Shown: piece after piece, positions 48,601 through 63,600 of the stretch
Layout of the letters: each line of letters starts with the position of its first letter
Numbering within the stretch: position 1 is the first letter of the stretch
Assembly (NCBI RefSeq): GCF_963921235.1
Contig: NC_086107.1
Coordinates: forward strand, 105,712,001-105,776,000
Length of the DNA stretch: 64,000 bases
From: Mobula hypostoma
Taxonomy: Eukaryota
Reading direction: 5' to 3'
Position numbers and translations under genes: made by a program
The notes under the pieces: generated by a model
What the model saw: only the letters and a program-made list of their open reading frames with translations
What the model was told of the DNA's origin: nothing
Database searches by the model: none

Positions 48601-51600
48601 AGTACTGTCCCTCTGATGGCAGGGCACTCCCTCAGTACTGTCCCTCCGACACTGAGACACTCCCTTAATACTGTCCCTCTGACAGTGAGACACTCCCTCA
48701 GTACTGTCCCTCCGACAGTGAGATACTCCCTCAGTACTGTCCCTCTGACAGTGAGACACTCCCTCAGTACTGTCCCTCTGATGGTAGGGCACTCCCTCAG
48801 TACTGTCCCTCCGACAGTGAGGCACTCCCTCAGTACTGTCCCTCCGACAGTGAGACACTCCCTCAGTACTGTCCCTCTGACAGTGAGACACTCCCTCAGT
48901 ACTGTCCGTCTGATGGTAGGGCACTCCCTCAGCACTGTCCCTCCGACATTGAGGCACTCCCTCAGCACTGTCCCTCCGACATTGAGGCACTCCCTCAGTA
49001 CTGTCCCTCCGACAGTGAGACACTCCCTCAGTACTGTCCCTCCGACAGTGTGACACTCCCTCAGTACTATGCCTCCGACACTTTGACACTCCCTCAGTTC
49101 TGTCCCTCTGACAGTGAGACACTCCCTCAGTATTGTCCCTCCGACAGTGAGTTACTCCCTCAGTACTGTCCCTCTGACAGTGAGACACTCCCTCAGTACT
49201 GTCCGTCTGACAGTGAGACACTCCCTCAGTACTGTCCCCCTGATGGTAGGGCACTCCCTCAGTACTGTCCCTCCGACAGTGAGACACTCCCTCAGTACTG
49301 TCCCTCCGACAGTGAGATACTCCCTCAGTACTGTCCCTCTGACAGTGAGACACTCCCTCAGAACTGTCCGTCTGACAGTGAGACACTCCCTCAGTACTGT
49401 CCCTCTGATGGCAGGGCACTCCCTCAGTACTGTCCCTCCGACAGTGAGACACTCCCTCAGTACTGTCCCTCCGACATTGAGACACTCCCTTAGTACTGTG
49501 CCTCCGACAGTGAGACACTCTCTCAGTACTGTCCCTCTGACGGTGTGATACTCCCTCAGTACTGTCCCTCTGACAGGGTGACACTCCCTCAGTACTGTCC
49601 CTCTGACAGTGAGACACTCCCTCAGTACTGTCCCTCTGACAGTGAGATACTCCCTCAGTACTGTCCCTCTGACAGTGAGACACTCCCTCAGTACTGTCCC
49701 TCTGACAGTGAGACACTCCCTCAGAACTGTCCCTCCGACAGTGAGATACTCCCTCAGTACTGTCCCTCTGACAGTGAGACACTCCCTCAGTACTGTCCCT
49801 CTGACAGTGAGACACTCCCTCAGTACTGTCCCTCTGACAGTGAGACACTCCCTCAGTACTGTCCCTCCGACAGTGAGACACTCCCTCAGTACTGTCCCTC
49901 TGACAGTGAGACACTCCCTCAGTACTGTCCCTCTGACAGTGAGACACTCCCTCAGTACTGTCCCTCCGACAGTGAGATACTCCCTCAGTACTGTCCCTCC
50001 GACAGTGAGATACTCCCTCAGTACTGTCCCTCTCACAGTGTGACACTCCCTCAGTACTGTCCCTCCGACAGTGAGAAACCCCCTCAGTACTGTCCCTCTG
50101 ACAGTGAGACACTCCCTCAGTACTGTCCCTCCGACAGTGAGATACTCCCTCAGTACTGTCCCTCTGACAGTGAGACACTCCCTCAGTACTGTCCCTCTGA
50201 CAGTGAGACACTCCCTCAGTACTGTCCCTCTGACAGTGAGACACTCCCTCAGTACTGTCCCTCCGACAGTGAGATACTCCCTCAGTACTGTCCCTCTGAC
50301 AGTGAGACACTCCCTCAGTACTGTCCCTCAGATGGCAGAGCAATCCCTCAGTACTGTCCCTCCGACAGTGAGACACTCCCTCAGTACTGTCCTGCTGACA
50401 GTGAGACACTCCCTCAGTACTGTCCCTCTGACAGTGAGACACTCCCTCAGTACTGTCCCTCCGACAGTGAGACACTCCCTCAGTACTGTCCCTCCGACAG
50501 TGAGACACTCCCTCAGTACTGTCCCTCCGATAGTGAGACACTCCCTCAGTACTGTCCCTCTGACAGTGAGACACTCCCTCAGTACCTCCCCTCTGACGGT
50601 GTGATACTCCTTCAGTACTGTCCCTCTGACAGTGTGACACTCCCTCAGTACTGTCCCTCTGACAGTGTGACACTCCCTCAGTACTGTCCCTCTGACAGTG
50701 TGATACTCCCTCAGTACCGTCCCTCCGACAGTGAGATACTCCCTCAGTACCTCCCCTCTGACAGTGAGACACTCCCTCAGTACTGTCCCTCCGACAGTGA
50801 GATACTCCCTCAGAACTGTCCCTCTGACAGTGAGACACTCCCTCAGTACTGTCCCTCTGACAGTGAGACACTCCCTCAGTCCTGTCCCTCTGACAGTGAG
50901 ACACTCCCTCAGTACTGTCCCTCCGACAGTGAGATACTCCCTCAGCACTGTCCCTCCGACAGTGAGACACTCCCTCAGTACTGTCCCTCCGACAGTGTGA
51001 CACTCGCTCAGTACTGTCCCTCTGACAGTGAGACACTCCCTCAGTACTGTCCCTCTGACAGTGAGACACTCCCTCAGTACTGTCCCTCTGATGGTAGGGC
51101 ACTCCCTCAGTACTGTCCCTCCGACAGTGAGACACTCCCTCAGTACCTCCCCTCTGACGGTGAGATACTCCTTCAGTACTGTCCCTCTGACAGTGAGATA
51201 CTTCCTCAGTACTGTCCCTCTGACGGTGTGATACTCCCTCAGTACTGTCCCTCTGACAGTGTGATACTCCCTCAGTACCGTCCCTCCGACAGTGAGATAC
51301 TGGCTCAGTATCTCCCCTCTGACAGTGAGACACTCCCTCAGTACTGTCCCTCTGACAGTGAGACACTCCCTCAGTACTGTCCCTCCGACAGTGAGATACT
51401 CCCTCAGTACTGTCCCTCTGACAGTGAGACACTCCCTCAGTACTGTCCCTCTGACAGTGAGACACTCCCTCAGTACTGTCCCTCTGACAGTGAGACACTC
51501 CCTCAGTACTGTCCCTCAGACAGTGAGACACTCCCTCAGTACTGTCCCTCCGACAGTGAGACACTCCCTCAGTACTGTCCCTCCGACAGTGAGACACTCC

Positions 51601-54600
51601 CTCAGTACCTCCCCTCTGACGGTGTGATACTCCTTCAGTACTGTCCCTCTGACGGTGTGATACTCTCTCAGTACCTCCCCTCTGACAGTGAGACACTCCC
51701 TCAGTACTGTCCCTCTGACAGTGAGACACTCCCTCAGTACTGTCCCTCCGACATGAGATACTCCCTCAGTACTGTCCCTCTGACAGTGAGACACTCCCTC
51801 AGTACTGTCCCTCTGACAGTGAGACACTCCCTCAGTACTGTCCCTCTGACAGTGAGACACTCCCTCAGTACTGTCCCTCCGACATTGAGACACTCCCTTA
51901 GTACTGTCCCTCCGACAGTGAGACACTCTCTCAGTACTGTCCCTCTGACGGTGTGATACTCCCTCAGTACTGTCCCTCTGACAGGGTGACACTCCCTCAG
52001 TACCGTCCCTCTGACAGTGAGACACTCCCTCAGTACTGTCCCTCCGACAGTGAGATACTCCCTCAGTACCTCCCCTCTGACAGTGAGACACACCCTCAGT
52101 ACTGTCCCTCTGACAGTGAGACAATCCCTCAGAATTGTCCTTCCGAGAGTGAGATACTCCCTCAGTACTGTCCCTCTGACAGTGAGACACTCCCTCAGTA
52201 CTGTCCCTCTGACAGTGAGACACTCCCTCAGTACTGTCCCTCCGACAGTGAGACACTCGCTCAGTACTGTCCGTCTGATGGTAGGGCACTCCCTCAGCAC
52301 TGTCCCTCCGACATTGAGGCACTCCCTCAGTACTGTCCCTCCGACAGTGAGACACTCCCTCAGTACTGTCCCTCCGACAGTGTGACACTCCCTCAGTACT
52401 GTCCCTCCGACACTGAGACACTCCCTCAGTACTGTCCCTCTGACAGTGAGACACTCCCTCAGTACTGTCCCTCCGACAGTGAGATACTCCCTCAGTACTG
52501 TCCCTCTGACAGTGAGACACTCCCTCAGTACTGTCCCTCTGACAGTGAGACACTCCCTCAGTACTGTCCCCCTGATGGTAGGGCACTCCCTCAGTACTCT
52601 CCCTCCGACAGTGAGACACTCCCTCAGTACTGTCCCTCCGACAGTGAGATACTCCCTCAGTACTGTCCCTCTGACAGTGAGACACTCCCTCAGTACTGTC
52701 CGTCTGACAGTGAGACACTCCCTCAGTACTGTCCCTCTGATGGTAGGGCACTCCCTCAGTACTGTCCCTCCGACAGTGAGACACTCCCTCAGTACTGTCC
52801 CTCCGACAGTGAGACACTCCCTCAGTACTGTCCCTCCGACAGTGAGACACTCTCTCAGTACTGTCCCTCTGACGGTGTGATACTCCCTCAGTACTGTCCC
52901 TCTGACAGGGTGACACTCCCTCAGTACCGTCCCTCTGACAGTGAGACACTCCCTCAGTACTGTCCCTCCGACAGTGAGATACTCCCTCAGTACCTCCCCT
53001 CTGACAGTGAGACACACCCTCAGTACTGTCCCTCTGACAGTGAGACAATCCCTCAGAATTGTCCTTCCGAGAGTGAGATACTCCCTCAGTACTGTCCCTC
53101 TGACAGTGAGACACTCCCTCAGTACTGTCCCTCTGACAGTGAGACACTCCCTCAGTACTGTCCCTCTGACAGTGAGACACTCCCTCAGTACTGTCCCTCT
53201 GACAGTGAGACACTCCCTCAGTACTGTCCCTCCGACAGTGAGACACTCCCTCAGTACTGTCCCTCCGACAGTGAGACACTCCCTCAGTACTGTCCCTCCG
53301 ACAGTGAGACACTCCCTCAGTACTGTCCCTCTGACAGTGAGACACTCCCTCAGTACTGTCCCTCTGACAGTGAGACACTCCCTCAGTACTGTCCCTCTGA
53401 CAGTGAGACACTCCCTCAGTACTGTCCCTCTGACAGTGAGATACTCTCTCAGTACTGTCCCTCTGACAGTGAGACACTCCCTCAGTACTGTCCCTCTGAC
53501 AGTGAGATACTCCCTCAGTACTGTCCCTCTGACAGTGAGACACTCCCTCAGTACTGTCCCTCCGACAGTGAGATACTCCCTCAGTACTGTCCCTCTGACA
53601 GTGAGACACTCCCTCAGTACTGTCCCTCCGACAGTGAGATACTCCCTCAGTACTGTCCCTCCGACAGTGAGACACTCCCTCAGTACTGTCCCTCCGACAG
53701 TGAGACACTCCCTCAGTACTGTCCCTCTGACAGTGAGACACTCCCTCAGTACTGTCCCTCCGACAGTGAGACACTCCCTCAGTACTGTCCCTCTGACAGT
53801 GAGACACTCCCTCAGTACTGTCCCTCCGACAGTGAGATACTCCCTCAGTACTGTCCCTCCGACAGTGAGACACTCCCTCAGTACTGTCCCTCTGACAGTG
53901 AGACACTCCCTCAGTACTGTCCCTCCGACAGTGAGACACTCCCTCAGTACTGTCCCTCTGACAGTGAGACACTCCCTCAGTACTGTCCCTCTGACAGTGA
54001 GACACTCCCTCAGTACTGTCCCTCCGACAGTGAGACACTCCCTCAGTACTGTCCCTCCGACAGTGAGACACTCCCTCAGTACTGTCCCTCCGACAGTGAG
54101 ATACTCCCTCAGCACTGTCCCTCCGACAGTGGACACTCCTCAGTACTGTCCCTCCGACAGTGTCAGTACTGTCCCTCTGACAGTGAGACACTCCCTCAGT
54201 ACTGTCCCTCTGACAGTGAGACACTCCCTCAGTACTGTCCCTCTGACAGTGAGACACTCCCTCAGTACTGTCCCTCCGACAGTGAGACACTCCCTCAGTA
54301 CTGTCCCTCCGACAGTGAGATACTCCCTCAGTACTGTCCCTCTGACAGTGAGACACTCCCTCAGTACTGTCCCTCTGACAGTGAGACACTCCCTCAGTAC
54401 TGTCCCTCTCACAGTGTGACACTCCCTCAGTACTGTTCCTCTGACAGTGATACTCTCCCTCACTACTGTCCCTCTGACAGTGAGGCACTCCCTCAGTACT
54501 GTGCCTCCGACAGTGAGACACTCCCTCAGTACTGTCCCTCCGACAGTGAGATACTCCCTCAGTACTGTCCCTCTGACAGTGAGACACTCCCTCAGTACTG

Positions 54601-57600
54601 TCCCTCTGACAGTGAGACACTCCCTCAGTACTGTCCCTCTGACAGTGAGATACTCCCTCAGTACTGTCCCTCTGACAGTGAGACACTCCCTCAGTACTGT
54701 CCCTCTGACAGTGAAACACTCCCTCAGTACTGTCCCTCTGACAGTGTGACACTCCCTCAGTACTGTCCCTCTGACAGTGAGACACTCCCTCAGTACTGTC
54801 CCTCCGATAGTGAGACACTCCCTCAGTACTGTCCCTCTGACAGTGAGACACTCCCTCAGTACTGTCCCTCTGACGGTGTGATACTCCTTCAGTACTGTCC
54901 CTCTGACAGTGTGACACTCCCTCAGTACTGTCCCTCTGACGGTGTGATACTCCCTCAGTACTGTCCCTCTGACAGTGAGATACTCCCTCAGTACCGTCCC
55001 ACCGACAGTGAGATACTCCCTCAGTACTGTCCCTCTGACAGTGAGACACTCCCTCAGTACTGTCCCTCTGACAGTGAGACACTCCCTCAGTACTGTCCCT
55101 CTGAGAGTGAGACACTCCCTCAGTACTGTCCCTCTGACAGTGAGACACTCCCTCAGTACTGTCCCTCTGATGGTAGGGCACTCCCTCAGTACTGTCCCTC
55201 CGACAGTGAGACACTCCCTCAGTACTGTCCCTCTGACAGTGAGACACTCCCTCAGTACTGTCCCTCTGACAGTGAGATACTCCCTCAGTACTGTCCCTCT
55301 GACAGTGAGATACTCCCTCAGTACTGTCCCTCTGACAGTGAGACACTCCCTCAGTACTGTCCCTCTGACAGTGAGACACTCCCTCAGTACTGTCCCTCCG
55401 ACAGTGAGACACTCCCTCAGTACTTCCCCTCTGACAGTGAGACACTCACTCAGTACTGTCCCTCTGACAGTGAGACTCGTCCTCATTACTGTACTTCTGA
55501 CAGTGAGACACTCCCTCAGTACTGTCCCTCTGATGGTAGGGCACTCCCTCAGTACTGTCCCTCCGACAGTGAGACACTCCCTCAGTACTGTCCCTCTGAC
55601 AGTGAGACACTCCCTCAGTACTGTCCCTCCGACAGTGAGATACTCCCTCAGTACTGTCCCTCTGACAGTGAGACACTCCCTCAGTACTGTCCCTCTGACA
55701 GTGAGACACTCCCTCAGTACTGTCCCTCTGACAGTGAGACACTCCCTCAGTACTGTCCCTCTGACAGTGAGGCACTCCCTCAGTACTGTCCCTCCGACAG
55801 TGAGACACTCCCTCAGTACTGTCCCTCTGACAGTGAGACACTCCCTCAGTACTGTCCCTCTGACAGTGAGACACTCCCTCAGTACTGTCCCTCTGACAGT
55901 GAGACACTCCCTCAGTACTGTCCCTCTGACAGTGAGATACTCCCTCAGTACTGTCCCTCTGACAGTGAGACACTCCCTCAGTACTGTCCCTCTGACAGTG
56001 AAACACTCCCTCAGTACTGTCCCTCTGACAGTGTGACACTCCCTCAGTACTGTCCCTCTGACAGTGAGACACTCCCTCAGTACTGTCCCTCCGATAGTGA
56101 GACACTCCCTCAGTACTGTCCCTCTGATGGCAGGGCACTCCCTCAGTACTGTCCCTCCGACAGTGAGACACTCCCTCAGTACTGTCCCTCCGACAGTGAG
56201 ACACTCCCTCAGTACTGTCCCTCTGACAGTGAGACACTCCCTCAGTACTGTCCCTCCGACAGTGAGACACTCCCTCAGTACTGTCCCTCCGACAGTGAGA
56301 CACTCCCTCAGTACTGTCCCTCCGACAGTGAGACACTCCCTCAGTACTGTCCCTCTGACAGTGAGATACTCCCTCAGTACTGTCCCTCTGACAGTGAGAC
56401 ACTCCCTCAGTACTGTCCCTCCGACAGTGAGATACTCCCTCAGTACCTCCCCTCTGACAGTGAGACACACCCTCAGTACTGTCCCTCTGACAGTGAGACA
56501 CTCCCTCAGTACTGTCCCTCCGACAGTGAGATACTCCCTCAGTACTGTCCCTCTGACAGTGAGACACTCCCTCAGTACTGTCCCTCTGACAGTGAGACAC
56601 TCCCTCAGTACTGTCCCTCTGACAGTGAGACACTCCCTCAGTACTGTCCCTCCGACAGTGAGACACTCCCTCAGTACTGTCCCTCTGACAGTGAGACACT
56701 CCCTCAGGACTGTCCCTCTGACAGTGAGACACTCCCTCAGTACTGTCCCTCCGACAGTGAGACACTCCCTCAGTACTGTCCCTCCAACAGTGAAATACTC
56801 CCTCACTACTGTCCCTCTGACAGTGAGACACTCCCTCAGTACTGTCCCTCTGACAGTGAGACACTCCCTCAGTACTGTCCCTCTGACAGTGAGACACTCC
56901 CTCAGTACTGTCCCTCTGACAGTGAGACACTCCCTCAGTACTGTCCCTCTGACAGTGAGACACTCCCTCAGTACTGTCCCTCCGACAGTGAGATACTCCC
57001 TCAGTACTGTCCCTCTGACAGTGAGACACTCCCTCAGTACTGTCCCTCCGACAGTGAGATACTCCCTCAGTACTGTCCCTCTGACAGTGAGACACTCCCT
57101 CAGTACTGTCCCTCTGACAGTGAGACACTCCCTCAGTACTGTCCCTCTGACAGTGAGACACTCCCTCAGTACTGTCCCTCTGACAGTGAGATACTCTCTC
57201 AGTACTGTCCCTCTGACAGTGAGACACTCACTCAGTACTGTCCCTCTGACAGTGAGACTCGTCCTCATTACTGTACCTCTGACAGTGAGACACTCCCTCA
57301 GTACTGTCCCTCTGATGGTAGGGCACTCCCTCAGTACTGTCCCTCCGACAGTGAGACACTCCCTCAGTACTGTCCCTCTGACAGTGAGACACTCCCTCAG
57401 TACTGTCCCTCCGACAGTGAGATACTCCCTCAGTACTGTCCCTCTGACAGTGAGACACTCCCTCAGTACTGTCCCTCTGACAGTGAGACACTCCCTCAGT
57501 ACTGTCCCTCCGACAGTGAGGCACTCCCTCAGTACTGTCCCTCCGACAGTGAGACACTCCCTCAGTACTGTCCCTCTGACAGTGAGACACTCCCTCAGTA

Positions 57601-60600
57601 CTGTCCCTCTGATGGTAGGGCACTCCCTCAGTACTGTCCCTCCGACAGTGAGACACTCCCTCAGTACTGTCCCTCTGACAGTGAGACACTCCCTCAGTAC
57701 TGTCCCTCTGACAGTGAGACACTCCCTCAGTACTGTCCCTCTGACAGTGTGACACTCCCTCAGTACCGTCCCTCTGACAGTGAGACACTCCCTCAGTACT
57801 GTCCCTCCGACAGTGAGATACTCCCTCAGTACTTCCCCTCTGACAGTGAGACACTCCCTCATTACTGTCCCTCTGACAGTGAGACACTCCCTCAGTACTG
57901 TCCCTCTGACAGTGAGACACTCCCTCAGTACTGTCCCTCTGACACTGAGACACTCCCTCAGTACTGTCCCTCTGACAGTGAGACACTCCCTCAGTACTGT
58001 CCCTCCGACAGTGAGATACTCCCTCAGTACTGTCCCTCTGACAGTGAGACACTCCCTCAGTACTGTCCCTCTGATGGTAGGGCACTCCCTCAGTACTGTC
58101 CCTCCGACAGTGAGGCACTCCCTCAGTACTGTCCCTCCGACAGTGAGACACTCCCTCAGTACTGTCCCTCTGACAGTGAGACACTCCCTCAGTACTGTCC
58201 GTCTGATGGTAGGGCACTCCCTCAGCACTGTCCCTCCGACATTGAGGCACTCCCTCAGTACTGTCCCTCCGACAGTGAGACACTCCCTCAGTACTGTCCC
58301 TCCGACAGTGTGACACTCCCTCAGTACTATGCCTCCGACACTGAGACACTCCCTCAGTACTGTCCCTCTGACAGTGAGACACTCCCTCAGTACTGTCCCT
58401 CCGACAGTGAGATACTCCCTCAGTACTGTCCCTCTGACAGTGAGACACTCCCTCAGTACTGTCCGTCTGACAGTGAGACACTCCCTCAGTACTGTCCCCC
58501 TGATGGTAGGGCACTCCCTCAGTACTGTCCCTCCGACAGTGAGACACTCCCTCAGTACTGTCCCTCCGACAGTGAGATACTCCCTCAGTACTGTCCCTCT
58601 GACAGTGAGACACTCCCTCAGAACTGTCCGTCTGACAGTGAGACACTCCCTCAGTACTGTCCCTCTGATGGCAGGGCACTCCCTCAGTACTGTCCCTCCG
58701 ACAGTGAGACACTCCCTCAGTACTGTCCCTCCGACAGTGAGACACTCCCTCAGTACTGTCCCTCTGACAGTGAGACACTCCCTCAGTACTGTCCCTCCGA
58801 CAGTGAGACACTCCCTCAGTACTGTCCCTCCGACAGTGAGACACTCCCTTAGTACTGTCCCTCCGACAGTGAGACACTCCCTCAGTACTGTCCCTCTGAC
58901 AGTGAGACACTCCCTCAGTACTGTCCCTCTGACAGTGAGACACTCCCTCAGTACTGTCCCTCCGACAGTGAGATACTCCCTCAGTACTGTCCCTCTGACA
59001 GTGAGACACTCCCTCAGTACTGTCCCTCTGACAGTGAGACACTCCCTCAGTACTGTCCCTCCGACAGTGAGATACTCCCTCAGTACTGTCCCTCTGACAG
59101 TGAGACACTCCCTCAGTACTGTCCCTCTGACAGTGAGACACTCCCTCAGTACTGTCCCTCTGACAGTGAGACACTCCCTCAGTACTGTCCCTCCGACAGT
59201 GAGACACTCCCTCAGTACTGTCCCTCTGACAGTGAGACACTCCCTCAGTACTGTCCCTCTGACAGTGAGACACTCCCTCAGTACTGTCCCTCCGACAGTG
59301 AGATACTCCCTCAGTACTGTCCCTCCGACAGTGAGACACTCCCTCAGTACTGTCCCTCCAACAGTGAAATACTCCCTCACTACTGTCCCTCTGACAGTGA
59401 GACACTCCCTCAGTACTGTCCCTCTGACAGTGAGACACTCCCTCAGTACTGTCCCTCTGACAGTGAGACACTCCCTCAGTACTGTCCCTCTGACAGTGAG
59501 ACACTCCCTCAGTACTGTCCCTCTGACAGTGAGACACTCCCTCAGTACTGTCCCTCTGACAGTGAGATACTCTCTCAGTACTGTCCCTCTGACAGTGAGA
59601 CACTCCCTCAGTACTGTCCCTCTGACAGTGAGACACTCCCTCAGTACTGTCCCTCCGACAGTGAGACACTCCCTCAGTACTGTCCCTCTGACAGTGAGAC
59701 ACTCCCTCAGTACTGTCCCTCTGATGGTAGGGCACTCCCTCAGTACTGTCCCTCCGACAGTGAGACACTCCCTCAGTACTGTCCCTCTGACAGTGAGACA
59801 CTCTCTCAGTACTGTCCCTCGACAGTGAAATACTCCCTCAGTACTGTCCCTCTGACGGTGTGATACTCCCTCAGTACCGTCCCTCTGACAGTGAGACACT
59901 CCCTCAGTACTTTCCCTCCGACAGTGAGATACTCCCTCAGTACTTCCCCTCTGACAGTGAGACACTCCCTCAGTACTGTCCCTCTGACAGTGAGACTCGT
60001 CCTCATTACTGTCCCTCTGACAGTGAGACACTCCCTCAGTACTGTCCCTCTGATGGTAGGGCACTCCCTCAGTACTGTCCCTCCGACAGTGAGACACTCC
60101 CTCAGTACTGTCCCTCTGACAGTGAGACACTCCCTCAGTACTGTCCCTCCGACAGTGAGATACTCCCTCAGTACTGTCCCTCTGACAGTGAGACACTCCC
60201 TCAGTACTGTCCCTCTGATGGTAGGGCACTCCCTCAGTACTGTCCCTCCGACAGTGAGGCACTCCCTCAGTACTGTCCCTCCGACAGTGAGACACTCCCT
60301 CAGTACTGTCCCTCTGACAGTGAGACACTCCCTCAGTACTGTCCGTCTGATGGTAGGGCACTCCCTCAGCACTGTCCCTCCGACATTGAGGCACTCCCTC
60401 AGTACTGTCCCTCCGACAGTGAGACACTCCCTCAGTACTGTCCCTCCGACAGTGTGACACTCCCTCAGTACTATGCCTCCGACACTGAGACACTCCCTCA
60501 GTACTGTCCCTCTGACAGTGAGACACTCCCTCAGTACTGTCCCTCCGACAGTGAGATACTCCCTCAGTACTTCCCCTCTGACAGTGAGACACTCCCTCAT

Positions 60601-63600
60601 TACTGTCCCTCTGACAGTGAGACACTCCCTCAGTACTGTCCCTCTGATGGTAGGGCACTCCCTCAGTACTGTCCCTCCGACAGTGAGACACTCCCTCAGT
60701 ACTGTCCCTCCGACAGTGAGATACTCCCTCAGTACTGTCCCTCTGACAGTGAGACACTCCCTCAGTACTGTCCGTCTGACAGTGAGACACTCCCTCAGTA
60801 CTGTCCCTCTGATGGTAGGGCACTCCCTCAGTACTGTCCCTCCGACAGTGAGACACTCCCTCAGTACTGTCCCTCCGACAGTGAGATACTCCCTCAGTAC
60901 TGTCCCTCTGACAGTGAGACACTCCCTCAGTACTGTCCCTCCGACAGTGAGACACTCCCTCAGTACTGTCCCTCTGACAGTGAGACACTCCCTCAGTACT
61001 GTCCCTCTGACAGTGAGACACTCCCTCAGTACTGTCCCTCTGACAGTGAGACACTCCCTCAGTACTGTCCCTCTGACAGTGAGACACTCCCTCAGTACTG
61101 TCCCTCTGACAGTGAGACACTCCCTCAGTACTGTCCCTCTGACAGTGAGACACTCCCTCAGTACTGTCCCTCTGACAGTGAGACACTCCCTCAGTACTGT
61201 CCCTCTGATGGTAGGGCACTCCCTCAGTACTGTCCCTCCGACAGTGAGACACTCCCTCAGTACTGTCCCTCTGACAGTGAGACACTCCCTCAGTACTGTC
61301 CCTCCGACAGTGAGATACTCCCTCAGTACTGTCCCTCTGACAGTGAGACACTCCCTCAGTACTGTCCCTCTGATGGTAGGGCACTCCCTCAGTACTGTCC
61401 CTCCGACAGTGAGGCACTCCCTCAGTACTGTCCCTCCGACAGTGAGACACTCCCTCAGTACTGTCCCTCTGACAGTGAGACACTCCCTCAGTACTGTCCC
61501 TCTGATGGTAGGGCACTCCCTCAGTACTGTCCCTCCGACAGTGAGACACTCCCTCAGTACTGTCCCTCTGACAGTGAGACACTCTCTCAGTACTGTCCCT
61601 CGACAGTGAAATACTCCCTCAGTACTGTCCCTCTGACGGTGTGATACTCCATCAGTACCGTCCCTCTGACAGTGAGACACTCCCTCAGTACTGTCCCTCC
61701 GACAGTGAGATACTCCCTCAGTACTGTCCCTCTGACAGTGAGACACTCCCTCAGTACTGTCCCTCTGACAGTGAGACTCGTCCTCAGTACTGTCCCTCTG
61801 ACAGTGAGACACTCCCTCAGTACTGTCCCTCTGATGGTAGGGCACTCCCTCAGTACTGTCCCTCCGACAGTGAGACACTCCCTCAGTACTGTCCCTCTGA
61901 CAGTGAGACACTCTCTCAGTACTGTCCCTCCGACAGTGAGATACTCCCTCAGTACTGTCCCTCTGACAGTGAGACACTCCCTCAGTACTGTCCCTCTGAT
62001 GGTAGGGCACTCCCTCAGTACTGTCCCTCCGACAGTGAGGCACTCCCTCAGTACTGTCCCTCCGACAGTGAGACACTCCCTCAGTACTGTCCCTCTGACA
62101 GTGAGACACTCCCTCAGTACTGTCCGTCTGATGGTAGGGCACTCCCTCAGCACTGTCCCTCCGACATTGAGGCACTCCCTCAGTACTGTCCCACCGACAG
62201 TGAGACACTCCCTCAGTACTGTCCCTCCGACAGTGTGACACTCCCTCAGTACTATGCCTCCGACACTGAGACACTCCCTCAGTACTGTCCCTCTGACAGT
62301 GAGACACTCCCTCAGTACTGTCCCTCCGACAGTGAGATACTCCCTCAGTACTGTCCCTCTGACAGTGAGACACTCCCTCAGTACTGTCCCTCTGACAGTG
62401 AGACACTCCCTCAGTACTGTCCCCCTGATGGTAGGGCACTCCCTCAGTACTGTCCCTCCGACAGTGAGACACTCCCTCAGTACTGTCCCTCCGACAGTGA
62501 GACACTCCCTCAGTACTGTCCCTCTGACAGTGAGACACTCCCTCAGTACTGTCCCTCTGACAGTGAGACACTCCCTCAGTACTGTCCCTCTGATGGTAGG
62601 GCACTCCCTCAGTACTGTCCCTCCGACAGTGAGACACTCCCTCAGTACTGTCCCTCCGACAGTGAGACACTCCCTCAGTACTGTCCCTCTGACAGTGAGA
62701 CACTCCCTCAGTACTGTCCCTCCGACAGTGAGACACTCCCTCAGTACTGTCCCTCCGACAGTGAGACACTCCCTCAGTACTGTCCCTCCGACAGTGAGAC
62801 ACTCCCTCAGTACTGTCCCTCTGACAGTGTGACACTCCCTCAGTACTGTCCCTCTGACAGTGTGATACTCCCTCAGTACTGTCCCTCCGACAGTGAGATA
62901 CTCCCTCAGTACCTCCCCTCTGACAGTGAGACACTCCCTCAGTACTGTCCCTCCGACAGTGAGATACTCCCTCAGAACTGTCCCTCTGACAGTGAGACAC
63001 TCCCTCAGTACTGTCCCTCTGACAGTGAGACACTCCCTCAGTACTGTCCCTCTGACAGTGTGACACTCCCTCAGTACTGTCCCTCTGACAGTGAGACACT
63101 CCCTCAGTACTGTCCCTCCGACAGTGAGATACTCCCTCAGTACTGTCCCTCTGACAGTGAGACACTCCCTCAGTACTGTCCCTCTGACAGTGAGACACTC
63201 CCTCAGTACTGTCCCTCTGATGGTATGGCACTCCCTCAGTACTGTCCCACTGACAGTGAGACACTCCCTCAGTACTGTCCCTCTGACAGTGAGACACTCC
63301 CTCAGTACTGTCCCTCCGACAGTGAGATACTCCCTCAGTACTGTCCCTCTGACAGTGAGACACTCCCTCAGTACTGTCCCTCTGATGGTAGGGCACTCCC
63401 TCAGTACTGTCCCTCCGACAGTGAGGCACTCCCTCAGTACTGTCCCTCCGACAGTGAGACACTCCCTCAGTACTGTCCCTCTGACAGTGAGACACTCCCT
63501 CAGTACTGTCCCTCCGACAGTGAGATACTCCCTCAGTACTGTCCCTCTGACAGTGAGACACTCCCTCAGTACTGTCCCTCTGATGGTAGGGCACTCCCTC